Shown here one piece after another: positions 1-8,142 of a stretch of 38,453 nt of DNA (its first letter is position 1; every line of letters begins with the position of its first letter). The translations under genes and the position numbers were made by a program. The stretch lies in IMG/VR virus record IMGVR_UViG_3300044846_002040, positions 1-38,453 of that record. One strand, written 5' to 3'. The DNA is from a virus (lineage: Duplodnaviria; Caudoviricetes). The notes beneath the pieces were generated by a model that saw only the letters and a list, made by a program, of their open reading frames with translations, searched no databases and was not told the origin of the DNA.

Positions 1-398
1 CCGATATCTCCACCTGATAGGTTTAAAACCTGTCCTGCGTTAGATGCCTTTGATCCAGATAGTTCGTCTGAGTTAAATGCTAGAGCCAAAAGAAGATTCT
101 CAAGGGTAGCCTCAGCAAAAGCAGTTGCAAGATTTACCTGCATGCCTTGCTTGTAAAGTTTAGCAACGTCAAGAATTTGGTCAACCTGTACTTCACCGAA
201 GTCTGGTTGGAACTGTAACTCAAGACCGTTCATGGTGTAACCTACGTTTGTATAACCTGCATCATCAGCAAGGGTTTCCTTGAATGATTCTTCAGTATCA
301 AAACTTTCCAGAGTACCTGGAGTTAGGGTTGTGTCTGCAACAAAAAGTGCTGCAGCGCCAACGATAATGTTGGTCGATGTTCCACGACTGTATGCCAT
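1..398 (-). CDS. Major tail (tube) protein, 3' part truncated by window edge (not in ORF track)
   Basis: Hand translation from ATG 398: MAYSRGTSTNIIVGAAALFVAD...NVGYTMNGLELQFQPDFGEVQVDQILDVAKLYKQGMQVNLATAFAEATLENL; open to base 1; SD GAGGTGA upstream; GYTxxG...DQ...E.T.ENL tail-tube pattern; follows head-tail genes. Confidence 0.8.
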   Translation of the reverse strand, partial: MAYSRGTSTNIIVGAAALFVADTTLTPGTLESFDTEESFKETLADDAGYTNVGYTMNGLELQFQPDFGEVQVDQILDVAKLYKQGMQVNLATAFAEATLENLLLALAFNSDELSGSKASNAGQVLNLSGGDI

Positions 399-459
399 TT
401 ATTCACCTCTTTCTATAGAAATAGATATTAAGTTGTTTGGCGTTTGTTTCCTCATGTTA

Positions 460-468
460 ATTATAACA
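460..468 (-). promoter_or_regulatory. Extended -10 promoter (TGTTATAAT) for major tail gene
   Basis: TGnTATAAT in the intergenic gap between tail-completion and tail-tube genes. Confidence 0.6.
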
Positions 469-473
469 CCGTT

Positions 474-1043
474 TTATGTGTATCTTTCTGATGCCCCGCT
501 TGTATGATAGTCATACTCTATTACAAGTTTGTTGAGTGCAAGGGTTCTGGCAGAGGCTAATTCTAGGATATCCCTACTTTCGTCTGCTTGATAAACCTTT
601 ATATTATGAAAAAATACATTTTTAGGGATAGCATTGCCGCTTTCATCAAGAATGTCATTTTGAGATATCCAGAGGTTTAGGTCTTGAGCAGCGGCATCCT
701 CTCTATCTAAGCATTCAATAATAACCCTAGTAGTATCAATTAGTTTAGAAAGATTTGGACTATAAATAAAATATATCAATTGCTCTCTTTTATGTCTGTA
801 AAATGTCGTTGGTCTAAATCTAATAAGCCTATCAAATATAATAACTGTTGTATCTGGATTATTTCTGATAAATGGAATGTCATTATAAATACCTTCGACA
901 CTATCAGGAACCTGTGCTGGAAAAAATGGCTGAAATGGTTCTGGTCCAGTTGGCATTAAGCCAAACTCTTTTAATTCACTATTAACAAAAGCATTTACAA
1001 AGGTTGGCGGGAAGCCAGTTTGACTTAATACATTTAGTGCCAT
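474..1043 (-). CDS. Putative tail terminator/completion protein
   Basis: 189 aa; position immediately upstream of major tail gene; no diagnostic motif. Confidence 0.5.
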   Translation of the reverse strand: MALNVLSQTGFPPTFVNAFVNSELKEFGLMPTGPEPFQPFFPAQVPDSVEGIYNDIPFIRNNPDTTVIIFDRLIRFRPTTFYRHKREQLIYFIYSPNLSKLIDTTRVIIECLDREDAAAQDLNLWISQNDILDESGNAIPKNVFFHNIKVYQADESRDILELASARTLALNKLVIEYDYHTSGASERYT

Positions 1044-1047
1044 AATA

Positions 1048-1725
1048 CTATTCTACACCAATCTTTGCATTAGCAATCCATTTAAAGCCAGTATCAATAC
1101 CCTTAGATCTGCCCATTCTAGAACCAACTTTAATATTTTTCTTAAATATTGTTGGTTTTTTAATATAGTCATATATTCCACTAGCCCTTAAAAATGATTG
1201 CTTAAAGTATCTTAAAATAAACTCATCCATAATTTTTTCAAACGAACCTCTTGCTTCACTTCCTCCAGGATTAGAAACAACTACTGATTTTTTGGTAAAC
1301 ACTGTTTGTCCACCTTCATTAAATACCAACACTGGAGATCTTGTAGGTTTAATTTTAACTGGAATACCATCTTCCATGATTTTTGCTTTATTATAAAATG
1401 GTACGTTAGAATCTTTTTTAACAGTTTTTGATTGTTTAAATTTTGAATTAATACTTAATCCTAAATTGCTGACGGTGTAATTAATATCAAACAATCTTGC
1501 ACTAGGGCTTCCAACTTGATACCACTCATAAACATGCTGAAGTGCTGCTGGATTTCCTCTTGCTGAAACATCTACATACCTAGCCATTGCCTCTATTGTT
1601 CCTGCACCTAGGTTTTTTAAAAAAACAGTTTTACCTTTTTGAGCACCATCTAAAAATCCAAAAGCGTATTGAACAATGTTGTTCATCTGTTTGTTAAAGC
1701 CTTTGGTATTTGTTGTAATTATCAT
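1048..1725 (-). CDS. Putative neck/tail-completion protein (HK97 gp10-like position)
   Basis: 225 aa basic protein; synteny between head closure and terminator. Confidence 0.45.
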   Translation of the reverse strand: MIITTNTKGFNKQMNNIVQYAFGFLDGAQKGKTVFLKNLGAGTIEAMARYVDVSARGNPAALQHVYEWYQVGSPSARLFDINYTVSNLGLSINSKFKQSKTVKKDSNVPFYNKAKIMEDGIPVKIKPTRSPVLVFNEGGQTVFTKKSVVVSNPGGSEARGSFEKIMDEFILRYFKQSFLRASGIYDYIKKPTIFKKNIKVGSRMGRSKGIDTGFKWIANAKIGVE

Positions 1726-2174
1726 TAGTCTGTTATAGTTTGATTTTCTGTTCTACGCAATAATATTTTAAAGTATTCAACTGATCCAAATGGCCCACTA
1801 AAAGGATCTACTGTTGCTACTTCATAAATAGTTCCACGTCCAGATCTTGGTCCTGCTGTTTCTTTATAAATAATTTCGTCATTAGCATTACGAATGTTTG
1901 TAACTAAAATGTTAGTGATTGCATTATCTGTTTGAGTTGAGGATGTTCTAGGATCTGTTTTTGTTCTTGCTATTAGTTTGTTTTCATGTTGTAAAAATGC
2001 TTCTGGCTTAATTTGTTCAGTACCTGCTCCTCCTATAGAGGTGGCATTGCAGATAATAGTTCTATCATAAAACCATTCTCTAGTTGCTTGTCCATATTGT
2101 GTTTGAGTTATAATGGGATAATATAAATCAGCCTTCATTGGATAAAGAAAGTCTGTTGTTGTACAGTCTTCCAC
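1725..2174 (-). CDS. Putative head-closure (stopper) protein
   Basis: 149 aa, GTG start, beta-rich; coupled to adaptor; synteny. Confidence 0.5.
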   Translation of the reverse strand: MEDCTTTDFLYPMKADLYYPIITQTQYGQATREWFYDRTIICNATSIGGAGTEQIKPEAFLQHENKLIARTKTDPRTSSTQTDNAITNILVTNIRNANDEIIYKETAGPRSGRGTIYEVATVDPFSGPFGSVEYFKILLRRTENQTITD

Positions 2175-3160
2175 TATAATACTCCTGGACGGATAATCGT
2201 TTCTTTGTATTTATCTAGTATTTTGTCTACTAATATATTTCCAGTGCCGTCAATTAGGCGTTCATCATATTGAATTTTAAATTGATCGGTGCTATAGTTT
2301 TTAACATATCTCTTGTAATAATCTAATTTACCACATTTAATATCATCAATGAGCATAAGTGCTGCATCTTGAATATCGTATGGAACAACTTTATATCCTG
2401 TTTCTGCTAATATAATATAATCTGCACCTTCTGAAAATGCTACGCCTGGAACAACGGTTTGGGTGTTTCCACTATCTTCTGTGTCAAATAAACTCATAGA
2501 GTCAGATATGCCTAAAGGTATGCGAGAATATCTTCTTTCTGCACGATTTATAGAGTCAACGTTTTCAAGTGGATCTTTAGTAATTGCTGTCTTATCTTTA
2601 GTTATAAAAAAAGTATAATCTGTTAAGGCTGGACCTTCTTCATTTTCTATATCGTATACTAATTCTGCATTTTCATATATTTTTAAAAGTTTATGTGTTT
2701 TTTTCCAAAGCGGTAAATAATCATTTCCTTGACCAACTACTTCTAAATAAGTTCTGTCATAGTAGAATCCACCAACAATACTGTCAATTATTGCTCTTGC
2801 TAAATTTTCGTAACCTTTATACAAGGCTATATCTGTTGCTGTTCCAGATGTAGCAAGTGGTGTAGGGTCTACGTAAGGTCTCATAATTTCTAAATTATCT
2901 TCTACAACAATGTCGCCACGAACAAGAATTTCTCCAGATGATCCGCCATCTTCGTATATTGTTAATGCATATGATTTGTCATATTTAATAAAGTTACCGT
3001 CTAAAGAATAGGTAATTTGTTTGCTAGCGTTAGACTCTACAGCCTCTTCAATTTCTGTTAACTCTGCAACGTTTTCAATAACGATTATATAATCAGCATT
3101 AGCGTCTGGAACTGTGTAAGTTACAGAAAGTGGATATGGGGGAAGACGTAATATCTGCAT
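2174..3160 (-). CDS. Head-tail adaptor/connector protein
   Basis: 328 aa; 'A..IIDSIVG.F' and 'GYKVVPYDIQDAALML' and 'VDKILDKY' adaptor-like motifs; synteny after capsid. Confidence 0.6.
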   Translation of the reverse strand: MQILRLPPYPLSVTYTVPDANADYIIVIENVAELTEIEEAVESNASKQITYSLDGNFIKYDKSYALTIYEDGGSSGEILVRGDIVVEDNLEIMRPYVDPTPLATSGTATDIALYKGYENLARAIIDSIVGGFYYDRTYLEVVGQGNDYLPLWKKTHKLLKIYENAELVYDIENEEGPALTDYTFFITKDKTAITKDPLENVDSINRAERRYSRIPLGISDSMSLFDTEDSGNTQTVVPGVAFSEGADYIILAETGYKVVPYDIQDAALMLIDDIKCGKLDYYKRYVKNYSTDQFKIQYDERLIDGTGNILVDKILDKYKETIIRPGVL

Positions 3161-3162
3161 TT

Positions 3163-3516
3163 TTATTTACCGTAGTATGCGGCTACCTCTTCAGGTGGTG
3201 CTATTCTTACCAACCTGTGAGTTAACCACTTTTTCGATGCCTCCTTTGAGACTATGTTATAACCTACTTTTAAAGCACCTAAACTATCCATGTGTAGATT
3301 TCTTTGTGAATGTAGGGCTACTTTGTTTGTTAATTTTTCTGCCTTGTTTGCCTCTTCTACTCGTTCTTCTTTATTTACTGGCGGTATCCAACTAGCAAGA
3401 ATTTCTAATATTTCAAGTTTAGTTGTTGCGTCAAATAATTCTATTTTATTTTTTTTTGCGTATGCCTTTAATGCCATTACGGTTTTAGTTGATAACTCTT
3501 CAATTGTTAAGTTCAT
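3163..3516 (-). CDS. Rho-N/HeH-like domain protein
   Basis: N-terminus ELSTKTVMALKAYAKKNKIELFDATTKLEILEIL matches helix-extension-helix pattern; SD AGGAG. Confidence 0.6.
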   Translation of the reverse strand: MNLTIEELSTKTVMALKAYAKKNKIELFDATTKLEILEILASWIPPVNKEERVEEANKAEKLTNKVALHSQRNLHMDSLGALKVGYNIVSKEASKKWLTHRLVRIAPPEEVAAYYGK

Positions 3517-3538
3517 AATTCTCCTATGCTTATTTGTA

Positions 3539-3547
3539 ATTATACCA
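3539..3547 (-). promoter_or_regulatory. Extended -10 promoter (TGGTATAAT) restarting transcription after capsid terminator
   Basis: Perfect TGnTATAAT just downstream of hairpin 3560-3585. Confidence 0.6.
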
Positions 3548-3585
3548 GAATAAGAATAAGGCGGGTAGTTTTTACGCTACCCGCC
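3548..3585 (-). terminator. Intrinsic terminator after major capsid gene
   Basis: GGCGGGTAG (3560-3568)/CTACCCGCC (3577-3585) 9-bp stem, followed on minus strand by TTATTCTTATTC. Confidence 0.75.
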
Positions 3586-3607
3586 CTAATATTTGATCTT
3601 TTAGATC

Positions 3608-4762
3608 TTAGGAATCAGCACTATCTGAGTCGACATAAGCGACTGCATCTAGTTCTTCCCATTGGATACCAAAACGTACGAATACTGTGTATTCGATGGT
3701 GTCTTTCTTTGGCTTGTATTCACGGTTTACAGTGATGTCTCTCTGGAAGCCCCATACACGGTTCTGAGGGAATGTCAAATCGACATAACCTGCAGGGTAG
3801 TAAGGAACTTCAAGAACATCTACACCAAGTACACGAGTAGTACGTGTATTACCTAGTGTCTGTGTTCCACCATCAAGATATTCTTGACGATTTGCTTGAG
3901 TGCTACCAGTGCGGTCTGAGAACGCTGCTGAGATTGCATCTGCAAGTGTACCGTTGTTACGAACAATACCAGCAAAAGCATCAGTACCTGCGTAGAACTT
4001 AAGATTGCTCTTAAGTGCACGGTACTTACGAGGCATTGCTAATAGCAAGCCTTGCATTACTGATGTTGTGTAATTGTCGTCTGCGACTGTTGCAGCATAT
4101 TCGTGAGCATCGTTTCCGACTGTTCCACGAGTTTGCTTTACGAAGCCAGGCATGATTGAAAGGAAGGCATCATTGCCTGATCCTAAACCATTAATAGCAA
4201 GATCTTCAATATCGTTTGCGAAAGCGTTAGTCATCAAGCGAACTAGATGATCTTCAAGTGCTCCACCTTCAATATTGTCTTCAAGTGCTTCTGTTGATAC
4301 TTCCCAATCAAGACGAATCTTTTTGGTAGTTAGTTCAACCTTTGTAAAAGTTGCGCCGATGTTTGTATAATCTGGTGCACCTTGTGCTGCTGCACGGATT
4401 ACACGCTCTCCAACGTTGACCTTTTCGATCTCCATTGTGTTAGCACGCATTGTAACTCTACGACCATCTTTAGCGAGAACTGTTGCATCCCACACATAGT
4501 CGATGAATCTACGAGCCTGTTCAGGTGCTAGAATACCACCTGCTACGCCTGTTGGGTTTACTGCATTTGCTCCAGTTGTTGAACCGAATGCTGCAGTTGC
4601 AGTGTTACCAAGTTGTGATCCTACAGACGCTCCTGCTGAATCTAAACCTGTTGCACCACCAATACCACCAGATACAAATCCACCTTCAGAGTTAATCTCT
4701 GCTGTGGAATTGCTTGCTGCGCCTGGATAGTTTTTTTCTAGGTCTTTATTTTGTTCCGACAT
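3608..4762 (-). CDS. Major capsid protein (HK97 fold)
   Basis: 384 aa; GGIL.PEQA..FID, 'WEVSTEALEDNIEG', 'FANDIEDLAINGLG' capsid motifs; SD GGAGGTG; follows protease. Confidence 0.9.
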   Translation of the reverse strand: MSEQNKDLEKNYPGAASNSTAEINSEGGFVSGGIGGATGLDSAGASVGSQLGNTATAAFGSTTGANAVNPTGVAGGILAPEQARRFIDYVWDATVLAKDGRRVTMRANTMEIEKVNVGERVIRAAAQGAPDYTNIGATFTKVELTTKKIRLDWEVSTEALEDNIEGGALEDHLVRLMTNAFANDIEDLAINGLGSGNDAFLSIMPGFVKQTRGTVGNDAHEYAATVADDNYTTSVMQGLLLAMPRKYRALKSNLKFYAGTDAFAGIVRNNGTLADAISAAFSDRTGSTQANRQEYLDGGTQTLGNTRTTRVLGVDVLEVPYYPAGYVDLTFPQNRVWGFQRDITVNREYKPKKDTIEYTVFVRFGIQWEELDAVAYVDSDSADS

Positions 4763-4791
4763 TATTTTTCACCTCCTAGTGATTTTATTGC

Positions 4792-5364
4792 TTATTTAAA
4801 TAGGTCGGTTGATGTGAGGAAACGACCGCCCCATAGGGATTTCTGAACTTTTGAAGGTTCAAACTGCACGATCTCGCCTAGATCGCCAGACTTGCGGAAA
4901 GCGGTGTCTTGCTCTACAAGATCTACACGCTTACCAAACTCATTAAAAACTCCCTTAACATTGTTTACTTCTGCAGATACGGTTTTAACCTCACCTGATA
5001 CATTGTCAAGAGACTTGCTTAATGCAACTACCTGCTCATGAAGAGACTTAACGGTTGTTGCTAAATCGCCAAAGGCATTTGTAAGAGAGTTCTTAATTTC
5101 TGCAACTGCTTCAACAATTGCTTCGTTAGATTTTTCAACAACAGTTTCTACTGCTGCTACCTCTCCCTCTTCTGTTTTTTCAACGGAAGAATCTGCACTA
5201 CCATCTTCTGATTTAGCAATAGCAAGTTCTTCAACTGCTGGTGCTGCCTCATCGACTGCAGGGGCATTTGTTGCTTCTGCAACAACCTCTGCTGGCTGTG
5301 CCTCTGGAGCGACCTTTACTTCTTCAACTGCAGTTTCAATTACTGCATCTGTTGTTTCAGTCAT
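4792..5364 (-). CDS. Nested in-frame scaffolding protein (internal start)
   Basis: AAGGAGG (5373-5379) 8 nt before in-frame ATG 5364 (MTETTDAVIE...); TTGATA-16-TACAAT upstream; product acidic then heptad coiled coil. Confidence 0.6.
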   Translation of the reverse strand: MTETTDAVIETAVEEVKVAPEAQPAEVVAEATNAPAVDEAAPAVEELAIAKSEDGSADSSVEKTEEGEVAAVETVVEKSNEAIVEAVAEIKNSLTNAFGDLATTVKSLHEQVVALSKSLDNVSGEVKTVSAEVNNVKGVFNEFGKRVDLVEQDTAFRKSGDLGEIVQFEPSKVQKSLWGGRFLTSTDLFK

Positions 5365-6123
5365 AGGACTAACCTCCTTTGTAATCTTAATTGTACTAAT
5401 GCCTTTAGCACTATCAACTAAGAACTTTATTGTTTCTGTGTTATTCTTATCGCCCTTTTCAATAAACCCAATGTTTTGCATTGGCTTCCCAGATGTAGGG
5501 CTTGTTTCGCTATCAGACTCTGAAACCATTACAATACCTGCTTCAGAATCCCAAAATACATTTTCAATTTCTGCCTTTGAAAGATATCCACTAATTACAT
5601 TTTGACCATTAACCTTTTCAATGGACACAATGTTTGCAAATTGATTTGCTGGATTATCAACCAATGACAACTCATATAGATCATATTCTTTAATAATTCT
5701 AATACTTTTCTTTAAATCATCGTTATATGCATCATCCCAATTTTTAATATTACCGCCAATTGAGAAACCTTTATAGGTTCCATCTAATACTTTTTCCCAT
5801 GCATCTTGTGCACCTTTTGAAACATAAGCAGATACATAAACTCCGCTATAAAACTTTTTTACTGATGGATCAAAGTAGCGATCTTCTTTAAATGACACTA
5901 TCTTTCCTACTGCAGATGGTTGGTGCATTTCTCTTAAGTTGCCCCTGAAATTTTTAAATGCTTCAACGCTGGATTCGGTTGTTACAATGTCGCCTTGCTT
6001 ATCAACATTATCAAGAGTTGCAAAGCCAGATACTATTCGGCGCTCAACATCTACTTTGCCAATAGGCATTGATAGACGAACGCTGTCGCCATTAGTTTCC
6101 CAATGTGCTTTATTTATTAACAT
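4792..6123 (-). CDS. Prohead protease with acidic/coiled-coil scaffold C-terminus
   Basis: VSGFATLDNVDKQGD, REMH, GFSIGG, ELSLVDNPAN protease motifs; ATG 6123 preferred because the ATG at 6135 overlaps the -10 box 6134-6142. Confidence 0.88.
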   Translation of the reverse strand: MLINKAHWETNGDSVRLSMPIGKVDVERRIVSGFATLDNVDKQGDIVTTESSVEAFKNFRGNLREMHQPSAVGKIVSFKEDRYFDPSVKKFYSGVYVSAYVSKGAQDAWEKVLDGTYKGFSIGGNIKNWDDAYNDDLKKSIRIIKEYDLYELSLVDNPANQFANIVSIEKVNGQNVISGYLSKAEIENVFWDSEAGIVMVSESDSETSPTSGKPMQNIGFIEKGDKNNTETIKFLVDSAKGISTIKITKEVSPMTETTDAVIETAVEEVKVAPEAQPAEVVAEATNAPAVDEAAPAVEELAIAKSEDGSADSSVEKTEEGEVAAVETVVEKSNEAIVEAVAEIKNSLTNAFGDLATTVKSLHEQVVALSKSLDNVSGEVKTVSAEVNNVKGVFNEFGKRVDLVEQDTAFRKSGDLGEIVQFEPSKVQKSLWGGRFLTSTDLFK

Positions 6124-6164
6124 ATCGTTATCCATTATACCAAACTATTTTACGACTATCTCAT

Positions 6165-7760
6165 TTATTGAGATGATCTACCCTCACCCTGTGCATTACG
6201 ACCAGCAATGGTTGTTGTGGAGTCAGAGTTGTTATTTGTTCGTTCTGCATCTCTTTGACGATTTCCTGCCAGGTTTGCCCTTGAGTCAGTTGTTTGTCTT
6301 GCAGACATTACAAATGGCTCATCGCCATCGGCTCTTTGTGGAAGATCTAACTTTTCACGAGCCTCGTTTGGAGTCATAACCTGTGTCTTTACATACCGCT
6401 CAATGATTTGAGATTGAGCAATTTCATCGGTCAGGGTTAACTCATTAAACTTAAGTTCTAGAATATCAGTCTTTTCTTTAATAACTTTGTTAACAACTTT
6501 TTCAAGATGTTTTTGTGCTGGGCGGGAAACTTGTTCTTTAAAAGTACGATCTTGTGAAAGGGCAGCAGCAATACCTGAGTCTGCACCTCCAAGTTTAGAG
6601 ATAGGCACTTGATGAGCAATAAGAATATCATCTCTATTTTGTTTACGATACTCTTTAAATGATCCTTCTTGAATACCATTTTCAATAGGTTCCATTTTAA
6701 ACTCAACTTTATTATTTTCTGTATCTCCAGGAAGCGGAATGTAAAGGGTTCTGTGTGACTGAGACTTAAGTCCAGTCTGCAAAAATCTAAACATTTTGTC
6801 TTCACCGTCAGATGACAATTTGGCACCTTTTAAGGTTACGATATATCTTGGAACAGCCTTATTTTCAAAGTAATCAATGTTGTATTGTGAGGCAAGTTGA
6901 TCTCCAATTAAAGACGGCATTGCGGCTATAATATCTGGAATACCATAAAATGTATTTAATGGAGAATATTCTTTATAATGAATAATTTCATTTGGACGTG
7001 GATCTGCAGTCATCGGGTTTTTATTTTTTGCCCCAAAATTTCTAAAGTAAACTACAGAATTACCAATGATCTGGACAAAGCCATCATGTAATCTACGCAC
7101 ACGAACTGTAGTTGCTGGGATGTGACCAAGATAGCCAATCTCCCCCGTAACAGTTCTACCTACTTCAAGAAACCCATTGCCAGTAGCCTGGACATCTGTG
7201 TAAAACTTTTCCATTGTTTTTGTAAAAGAATCATCATCGTTAAGATTCTCTAACCAGTCTTTTAATTCAAGTTTCATTCTTTCAATACGATTACGAGCAC
7301 GATCAACTGCTGCTTGATCCTCGTTCATTTCAAACCTTAGCATTGTTCTATCTGCAATGTCAAAGCGGTAGCCAAGACCAACTACATTTTCTACCTTAGC
7401 ATCAATAGCAGCATGATTAGCAAATGATGTGTCATAAAAGTTCGCTAACTCATACATGTTATATGGAGGAGTAATTACGTCAAATAGTCCATATCCATTT
7501 CTGTATACCGTGCCAGGATTAATTGCTTTTGATCCAGCATCTACACCAGATGGTGTTGCGTTAGCAGAATCAAGATATTGATTTGTTGCAAAATTCATTG
7601 CTTTAGTTACGTTCCTTGCAGTTTTTCTGCGGAAGTTTTGATCTAGTCCACCAAAATCTTTAAGTTGATCCCAAGACTTATTAAATGGATCTTGTTGTGT
7701 AAAAGCGTTTTCTTGTTCTGGTTGGGTATTTAAACCAACTCTTACGTATTCTTCACTCAT
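6165..7760 (-). CDS. Portal protein
   Basis: TGNGFLEV, YGIP, YFENKAVP, MTPNEARE portal motifs; start likely ATG 7760 overlapping upstream stop. Confidence 0.9.
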   Translation of the reverse strand: MSEEYVRVGLNTQPEQENAFTQQDPFNKSWDQLKDFGGLDQNFRRKTARNVTKAMNFATNQYLDSANATPSGVDAGSKAINPGTVYRNGYGLFDVITPPYNMYELANFYDTSFANHAAIDAKVENVVGLGYRFDIADRTMLRFEMNEDQAAVDRARNRIERMKLELKDWLENLNDDDSFTKTMEKFYTDVQATGNGFLEVGRTVTGEIGYLGHIPATTVRVRRLHDGFVQIIGNSVVYFRNFGAKNKNPMTADPRPNEIIHYKEYSPLNTFYGIPDIIAAMPSLIGDQLASQYNIDYFENKAVPRYIVTLKGAKLSSDGEDKMFRFLQTGLKSQSHRTLYIPLPGDTENNKVEFKMEPIENGIQEGSFKEYRKQNRDDILIAHQVPISKLGGADSGIAAALSQDRTFKEQVSRPAQKHLEKVVNKVIKEKTDILELKFNELTLTDEIAQSQIIERYVKTQVMTPNEAREKLDLPQRADGDEPFVMSARQTTDSRANLAGNRQRDAERTNNNSDSTTTIAGRNAQGEGRSSQ

Positions 7761-8124
7761 CATTACCATACTTATCATAGGTTTGTCGTGCTGCTACCCA
7801 AGCACCATGATCATTCATGGAAGGAATTAAACCACTTTTCATTCTGTCTAATTGTTCAGAATGTTCTTCCTCGCTAATTCTTGTTAATCCAGGCACAAAA
7901 ACTGCCTTTCCTTCTCCATCATCACCGTAATGTAAAGCAACTTTTCTTAATTCTGCAATCTTAGAAATGTCTCCACGCTCTGCTGGAATGTTTAATATGC
8001 TTCCATTGCCGTCAGTAAACCAGGCACCGCTAGATTTTTTGTACACATACAGGCCCCAGTTATAATCTTTTTCTATTACTTTGCGCCGTACATTGCCAAC
8101 TTTTTTAAGAATCTCATTATCCAT
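7753..8124 (-). CDS. Hypothetical protein upstream of portal (leaderless start)
   Basis: ORF track 7753-8130; TGGTATACT at 8132-8140 places +1 at ATG 8124. Confidence 0.7.
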   Translation of the reverse strand: MDNEILKKVGNVRRKVIEKDYNWGLYVYKKSSGAWFTDGNGSILNIPAERGDISKIAELRKVALHYGDDGEGKAVFVPGLTRISEEEHSEQLDRMKSGLIPSMNDHGAWVAARQTYDKYGNDE

Positions 8125-8142
8125 AACCATCAGTATACCATA

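Noticed and set aside
280-6826. Small overlapping ORFs opposite or inside head genes (e.g. 3177-3395, 3290-3553, 5939-6379, 6458-6826)
   Set aside because: They overlap well-supported structural genes and have no start signals or motifs.
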